Below, one piece after another: positions 29,372 through 34,191 of a stretch of 34,191 nucleotides of DNA (its first letter is position 1; every line of letters starts with the position of its first letter). Source of the DNA: Bacillota bacterium. Lineage in GTDB: Bacteria; Bacillota; JACPQU01. Location: positions 1-34,191 of the forward strand of contig JACPQU010000156.1 in NCBI GenBank assembly GCA_016190305.1, written 5' to 3'. Below the pieces are notes generated by a model. The model searched no databases. It worked only from the letters and a program-made list of their open reading frames with translations, and was not told the DNA's origin. Position numbers and translations under genes: made by a program.

Positions 29372-31246
29372 TTACTTGACAATCAAGGTGCCGACCATGT
29401 CCGGATGGCCCCTGCGTCCGCCGCCGCCCTGAAGTTCCCCGATCCCGCACCAGACGGTGCAGACGATGGGGAACTCGCCGGTTTTGTCTGCCGTGAACTC
29501 AACCGCCACCTCCTTTCCGGAGGGAACCTCCTGCTCGATTCCATAAGCCTCGATACCGATGCCGTGTTTGTCCAAGTCTTGCCCGGCAGGCTTGACCAGG
29601 AGGCCCGGAGATAGCCTCCCGGAGTCAGTGTTCACCAGCAGCCGGACCCGGTCACCCTTCTTGACCTCCACCTTGCCCGGATCCCAGCCGAAATGATAAG
29701 CAGTCAATGGGATCTCCTTGAGCGCCGGCTCGGCGGGCTTGGCCGTTGTTGCAGCCGGCGTCCTGCTCGCCAGGACTTCGGTCCGCAATTCCTGCACCCG
29801 CTGGTCGACCTGGACAATGGTGGCCTTGAGCTGGGTCAGGCTCTCCACGTTCTCCTGCAGCCCGGCCACCAGTGCGGCCAGCCGGTCCTGCTTGGCCGAA
29901 AGAGGCACGATCTCTCTCTCCAGGGACTGGAGGCCCTGAGCGACGACGGCCAGGTCACCGCGGATCTGACCTTCCGCCGCGATCCGCTGCTCGTGCTCCG
30001 CGTTGGCGCGGAAGCCGTCGGCAATCCATGTAAGGGCAAGCAACAGGGCCACAACGCCGACGGCCACTTTCCAGACGGTACCGTTCATATCTCCCTCCTC
30101 CCTCTCTTCAATGAAGTCGTCGGCGGCCCAGACGGAGGCGCCTCCGTGGGTTCCGCCCATAGCGTGGGCTTCCCGCGCGGCCGCACCAGCCAACCGTTGC
30201 GTGGTTGCGGCCGCCGCTGCGAGACCCGCCCTTGCCCACCGCGTGCGGACACCGGAGATTACCGAGTACGAGAATACGGTCCAGACGAAGGCCAGGATGG
30301 CTGCGAGTGTCCAATTGCCGAGGAATGGGATGTACAGGTCGCGGGGCTCGAACTCATACCGGTTGACCGCTGACTGGGGGACCTCCACGGTGGAGATGGC
30401 CTCGCCGCCCCGGTAGGCCGCGTTGCCTTCGAACACGGCCCTGACTTCGATATCCCCCTCGCGTCGAGGTGTGTAGGCAAGCCGGGCGATCCCGTTCGCA
30501 TCGGTAAGAACCGCCCCCAGCTTGACCCCTTCTGCTCCAAGGAAGGATCCTGCCCTGTAGAAGAGCACGCGGGCGCCCTTGAGCGGCTCCCCGGTTTCGG
30601 CCTGCAGAGCGGCTGAAATCTCGATACCGGCCTTCCCGGCCGCGCCGACCACCTGGATCCGGGAAGGCTGGGCCTTGGCGGCTGCGGAGTCCACTGTAAG
30701 AAAGCCGTTTTGCAGCAGCTTGTGACCCTCGCACTGCCGGACACACTTCATCGGGATCTTTCCGGTTTCAGTCGCCGTGAAGGACACCGTGCTCTCCTGG
30801 TTTCCCTCGTTCAGAACTCCGCTTTTCAGGTCCAGGGTCGGGAAGTAGACCTGGTGGGGATTGTCGTGTCCGAGGTCCCCGTCCCCGTAAACGAAGGTGA
30901 TCTCCACCCGCTCGCCGGCCCGCGCCTCGAGCGCGCCGCCGTCGAGCACCTTGAACCCTTCGTGGCCCACCTGGACCCGGATCCGGGTTCCGGATCCCGA
31001 GGCGGCACCCGTCAGGACCCCCGTCCCGGCCCCCGCCGCCGTCTCTGTCCCCCGGCCGGCCTCGTGGGACGCGGCTTCCGCGATCCAGCCCGCTCCGAAG
31101 AGAGTAACGAGGGCGGCCGTCGAAAGGGCTAAAAGAATCCTGGCCCGGTGCGCGACCCAACGCCTGCCCCAGCCTTTGCCCAAACTGTTGCCCCTACCCT
31201 TGCCCCAACGCCAGCCCCACCTCAGATCCAAACGCATCCGCTTCAT
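29372..31246 (-). CDS. Membrane-anchored multi-domain copper protein: cupredoxin, Ig-like, TM, TM, coiled coil, CuA-like cupredoxin; may be two fused genes
   Basis: Start placed at ATG 31246, overlapping the upstream stop. NPH...CVRQCEGH and HGIGI...CTVWC-x13-HPDM motifs; strong internal RBS and in-frame ATG at 30088. Confidence 0.75.
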   Translation of the reverse strand: MKRMRLDLRWGWRWGKGRGNSLGKGWGRRWVAHRARILLALSTAALVTLFGAGWIAEAASHEAGRGTETAAGAGTGVLTGAASGSGTRIRVQVGHEGFKVLDGGALEARAGERVEITFVYGDGDLGHDNPHQVYFPTLDLKSGVLNEGNQESTVSFTATETGKIPMKCVRQCEGHKLLQNGFLTVDSAAAKAQPSRIQVVGAAGKAGIEISAALQAETGEPLKGARVLFYRAGSFLGAEGVKLGAVLTDANGIARLAYTPRREGDIEVRAVFEGNAAYRGGEAISTVEVPQSAVNRYEFEPRDLYIPFLGNWTLAAILAFVWTVFSYSVISGVRTRWARAGLAAAAATTQRLAGAAAREAHAMGGTHGGASVWAADDFIEEREEGDMNGTVWKVAVGVVALLLALTWIADGFRANAEHEQRIAAEGQIRGDLAVVAQGLQSLEREIVPLSAKQDRLAALVAGLQENVESLTQLKATIVQVDQRVQELRTEVLASRTPAATTAKPAEPALKEIPLTAYHFGWDPGKVEVKKGDRVRLLVNTDSGRLSPGLLVKPAGQDLDKHGIGIEAYGIEQEVPSGKEVAVEFTADKTGEFPIVCTVWCGIGELQGGGGRRGHPDMVGTLIVK

Positions 31247-32631
31247 CTCCCCGCACCTCCCCCGGGCGCGTAACCGGGTACGGGACCGGCAGGCCGCGGC
31301 GCCGAGCGTTTCCGTTCCGCCAGGTCCCTGGCATCCGATTCGATCTCCAGCTCCTCGGCCATCTCCCACATGGGGATCAGGGGAACGGACTTGCCCAGGG
31401 TTCCCACGATCAGGGCGAAGCCGGCGAAGGTGGCGGCGACGATGGAGATCTCCACCCAGGTCGGGCTGTAGCTCCCCCAGGGGGTGGGTTGCAGCGGCAC
31501 CGCCATGGAGGGGATGACGATGAAGTAGCGCTTGATCCACATGAAGATGTTGATCAGTATCGAGGCAATGCCGATCCCCAGCATGTTCCTGGTCCGGGGC
31601 AGGGACAGGAGCAACAGCGGGATGGCCATGCCGCCGATCCAGTAGCTCCAGAAGTAACCGGAGTACGGGCCGTGGAAGAGGGCTTGCAGGAGCCCCAGTT
31701 CATGCTCGGACATCTTGTAGACGGCGGTGATGTACTCCGCGGAGGTGAAGTAGAAGTAGACCAGTCCCGCCGCCAGGAGGATGTTCCCCAGCCAGCGGAA
31801 GTGGTTCGGGGTGATGTACTTCTGGAAGCGGAAGGTCTTCCGGAAGATCCACATCTCGGTGACCACGGCGGCGATCCCCGAGTAGATGGCCCCGATTACG
31901 AAATAGGGGCCGAAGATGGTGCTGTGCCACCCGGCGCGCCACGTCATCGCGAAGATGAAGGAGACGACGGTATGGACGCTGATCATCACGGCGATGATCA
32001 TCATGCACATGGCCCGGATCCCCTTGTTCAGCAGCCGCCACTGCTCAGGAGTCCCCTGCCACCCAAGGGAGAAGGTGTGGAAGAACCAGCGGCGCAGCGG
32101 GCCCACCTTGTCGCTGAGCCGGTCCCGGCAGGTGGCCAGGTCCGGGATGAGCGGCAGGTACAGGTAGATCAAGGTGCCGGTGAAGTAAGATGTCACCGAG
32201 AGGAGGTCCCAGAGGATCGGCGAGTTGAGCTGGCCATGGTAGATGAGGTTCAGAATCCGGTCCGGCCGGCCCAGGTCGACCACCGGCATGGCGCCGCCGA
32301 CCAGGAGGGCGCCGACCGTCATGAACTCGGCCATCCGGACGACCGGGGTGCGCCAGCCGACACCGGTCAGGCGGAGCACGGCGGAGATGAAGGTCCCCGC
32401 GTGGCTGATCCCGATCCAGAAAACGAAGTTGGTGATGTAGAATCCCCAGGAGACGTGGTTCCGCATCCCGGTGACCTCCAGGCCGTTCCGGAGCTGGACG
32501 CTCCAGGCGTAAAGGGCCCAGAGGATGACGGCGACCGCCGCCAGGACGAAGAGAATGAAGGTCCTGCTTCGTTCCGTCACCGGGCGCAGCACGGCGGCCT
32601 CCATTTCCCGCACTTCAGCTTCCGCGTTCAA
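31243..32631 (-). CDS. NrfD/PsrC-family quinol dehydrogenase, ActC-like
   Basis: WGFYITNFVFWIGISHAGT, DLGRP, SPILWD, VHTVVS, GWHSTIFGPYFVIGAIYSG; about 10 TM segments. Confidence 0.92.
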   Translation of the reverse strand: MNAEAEVREMEAAVLRPVTERSRTFILFVLAAVAVILWALYAWSVQLRNGLEVTGMRNHVSWGFYITNFVFWIGISHAGTFISAVLRLTGVGWRTPVVRMAEFMTVGALLVGGAMPVVDLGRPDRILNLIYHGQLNSPILWDLLSVTSYFTGTLIYLYLPLIPDLATCRDRLSDKVGPLRRWFFHTFSLGWQGTPEQWRLLNKGIRAMCMMIIAVMISVHTVVSFIFAMTWRAGWHSTIFGPYFVIGAIYSGIAAVVTEMWIFRKTFRFQKYITPNHFRWLGNILLAAGLVYFYFTSAEYITAVYKMSEHELGLLQALFHGPYSGYFWSYWIGGMAIPLLLLSLPRTRNMLGIGIASILINIFMWIKRYFIVIPSMAVPLQPTPWGSYSPTWVEISIVAATFAGFALIVGTLGKSVPLIPMWEMAEELEIESDARDLAERKRSAPRPAGPVPGYAPGGGAGR

Positions 32632-32637
32632 CCATGC

Positions 32638-33444
32638 TCACCTCCCGTAGTCCTCACCGTGACCGGGTAGGTAGAAGACCCGCGGCCGGGTCCCCAGCTC
32701 TTCCTTGTCCCGGTAGGCGTGACGCTCGTGTAAGAAAGCGGACAATCGCACCGCCTCGGTGCCGTTGGTGGCCACGTCCTCCGTCAGGTCTCCCATCCAG
32801 AGGGCCTGCATCGGACAGCCCTCCACGCAGGCGGGGAGCTTGCCCTGCCGCAGCCGGTGACCGCAGAACATGCACTTTTCAGCGGTGCCGATGCGATGGG
32901 GAACCGGGTATTCGGGCGAGTAGCTGGCGAAGGCGGCGCCGGGCGGATTCTCCGGTTTCCCCCAGTTGAAGTAGCGGGCCTGGAAGGGGCAGGCGGCGAG
33001 GCAGAAGCGGCAGCCGATGCACCGCTCGTGGTCGATGAGCACCAGGCCGTCGGGGTTGTAATAGGTGGCCTCCACCGGGCAGACGTGCTCGCAGGGAGCC
33101 TTCTCGCAGTGCTGGCAGGGCCGGGGCTTGAAGTAGGTGCCTCCGCCCTCGTCGGGGGCCTCGTAGACCTCCATCCAGTTCTGCTCTTCCGGAACGAAGT
33201 GTTCCTTCTTGCAGGCCGCCTTGCACCGGGGGGGCTTGTCGATGGTGGTGCAGCCCTCGCACTTCTTGCGATCCACCACCATCACCCACTGGCGGCCGGT
33301 GCTCTGCAGGGTTTGCTCGCGGGCGGTGCCCTTGGCGTCCCCGGCCTGGCCGGCCGCTGCCAGGAACGGAATCACACCGGAGGCAACTCCTGCTCCGCCG
33401 GCGCCGATCCATCGCAGCAACTGGCGCCTGGTAACATCTGGCAA
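32638..33444 (-). CDS. Tat-exported 4Fe-4S dicluster protein (NrfC/DsrO/ActB2-like)
   Basis: TRRQLL twin-arginine signal; CEGC...CKAAC, CQHCEKAPCEHVCP, CIGCRFCLAACP, CMFC...ACVEGCP. Confidence 0.92.
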   Translation of the reverse strand: MPDVTRRQLLRWIGAGGAGVASGVIPFLAAAGQAGDAKGTAREQTLQSTGRQWVMVVDRKKCEGCTTIDKPPRCKAACKKEHFVPEEQNWMEVYEAPDEGGGTYFKPRPCQHCEKAPCEHVCPVEATYYNPDGLVLIDHERCIGCRFCLAACPFQARYFNWGKPENPPGAAFASYSPEYPVPHRIGTAEKCMFCGHRLRQGKLPACVEGCPMQALWMGDLTEDVATNGTEAVRLSAFLHERHAYRDKEELGTRPRVFYLPGHGEDYGR

Positions 33445-33520
33445 CTTGTGTCACCTCCCTGTTTGACTCCAGCATAGCCGCCGGTGATTCCGCGACACAT
33501 CGTAACCGGGACGTATTCTT

Positions 33521-33578
33521 AAAAAGGGAAAGACGCCATTTTGGGAATGGCGTCTTTCCGTCTTTTGAATGGCGTCTT
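33521..33578. promoter_or_regulatory. Inverted plus direct repeat upstream of the Fe-S/NrfD/copper operon (operator or terminator)
   Basis: Perfect 14-bp IR GGAAAGACGCCATT-N5-AATGGCGTCTTTCC (33527-33559); GAATGGCGTCTT repeats at 33545 and 33567; minus-strand T-run at 33521-33525. Confidence 0.55.
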
Positions 33579-33720
33579 AACTGCCTGCGCTTCCCGGTCT
33601 AAACCACGGTTTTGGTCATGGTCGGCAGCCCTTGGGCTCGCAGCTAACCATCATCCGAGGATGATAAACAACTACCAGTACCTCATCCCGACAGGGCGGC
33701 AGTGGAATCCGGATAGCATG

Positions 33721-33806
33721 GGGAACCTGGAAAACTGGGAAACCTGGACAGCCTGGGGAGCCCGGAAAGCCTGGGGAACCCGGAGACTCCACGGACTCCG
33801 GACCCC
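33721..33806. repeat. Degenerate 9-bp tandem repeats
   Basis: gaaaactgg gaaacctgg acagcctgg ggagcccgg aaagcctgg ggaacccgg. Confidence 0.6.
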
Positions 33807-33813
33807 AGTTATC

Positions 33814-34191
33814 CTAAACCTGCTCCGCCAGACCGCGCCGGACGGCGTACTGGACGAGTTCCGCCTTGTTGCGTAATCCCAGCTTGGCCATGAGCTTGCT
33901 GCGGTGACGCTCCACGGTATGGGGACTGATGGTGAGTTCACGGGCGATCTCCCGGCCTGTCTTCCCTGTCGCGATCAAGCGGAGCACCTCCGCCTCCCGA
34001 TCCGAGAGGGAGGCCGCTCCCATCAAGACACGGGAGCGCCGCTGCCGGATGAAATCGGACACAAGCAGGCGGGCCAGGGAAGGATCCAGGTAGGTTTCCC
34101 CCCGGGAAGCCATCCGGACCGCCTGGAGCAGATCATCCGGATCCGCTCCCTTCAGAAGATAGCCTGTAGCACCGGCCTCCAGGAGGCGGAA
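33814..34191 (-). CDS. NarL/LuxR-family response regulator, 3' part
   Basis: EAGATGYLLK receiver tail and LSDREAEVLRLIATG...EIARELTISPHTVERHR HTH; 5' end is outside the window. Confidence 0.93.
   Translation of the reverse strand, partial: FRLLEAGATGYLLKGADPDDLLQAVRMASRGETYLDPSLARLLVSDFIRQRRSRVLMGAASLSDREAEVLRLIATGKTGREIARELTISPHTVERHRSKLMAKLGLRNKAELVQYAVRRGLAEQV

Noticed and set aside
31247-31540. N-terminal extension of the 722-aa ORF
   Set aside because: Lies inside the NrfD gene in another frame; ATG 31246 couples to the NrfD stop and precedes a signal peptide.

Overview
High-GC Bacillota-like chromosomal segment (taxonomy inferred from gene content). Left part (1-7.9 kb, mostly minus strand): mutM (partial), polA, an ECF sigma / zinc anti-sigma-DUF4349 pair, an L,D-transpeptidase, an unannotated 10-codon Lys-rich micro-ORF in a structured transcript, and tRNA-Leu(CAA). 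After the tRNA come a candidate structured RNA, a small COX1-like membrane protein, a ferredoxin and a Cys-rich V4R/ATC-hydrolase-like gene. That last gene recurs in direct orientation about 12.6 kb later. Between the two copies lie a heavily deleted molybdoenzyme operon (padBCD-like), a three-gene signalling cassette (giant pseudokinase-ATPase-GAF-5xPAS protein with no transmitter domain, a HisKA_2 kinase, a REC-PAS-PAS kinase) and an IS1634-like remnant. Right part: a sodium:solute symporter with a fused xanthine/aldehyde oxidoreductase, and a minus-strand operon of a Tat 4Fe-4S protein, an ActC/NrfD quinol dehydrogenase and exported proteins with four cupredoxin domains but no c-type heme motif, downstream of a NarL-family regulator. 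The strongest novelty candidates are the copper-based ACIII-like module and the split sensor/kinase cassette. All family assignments are from motif recognition by eye; no searches were run.
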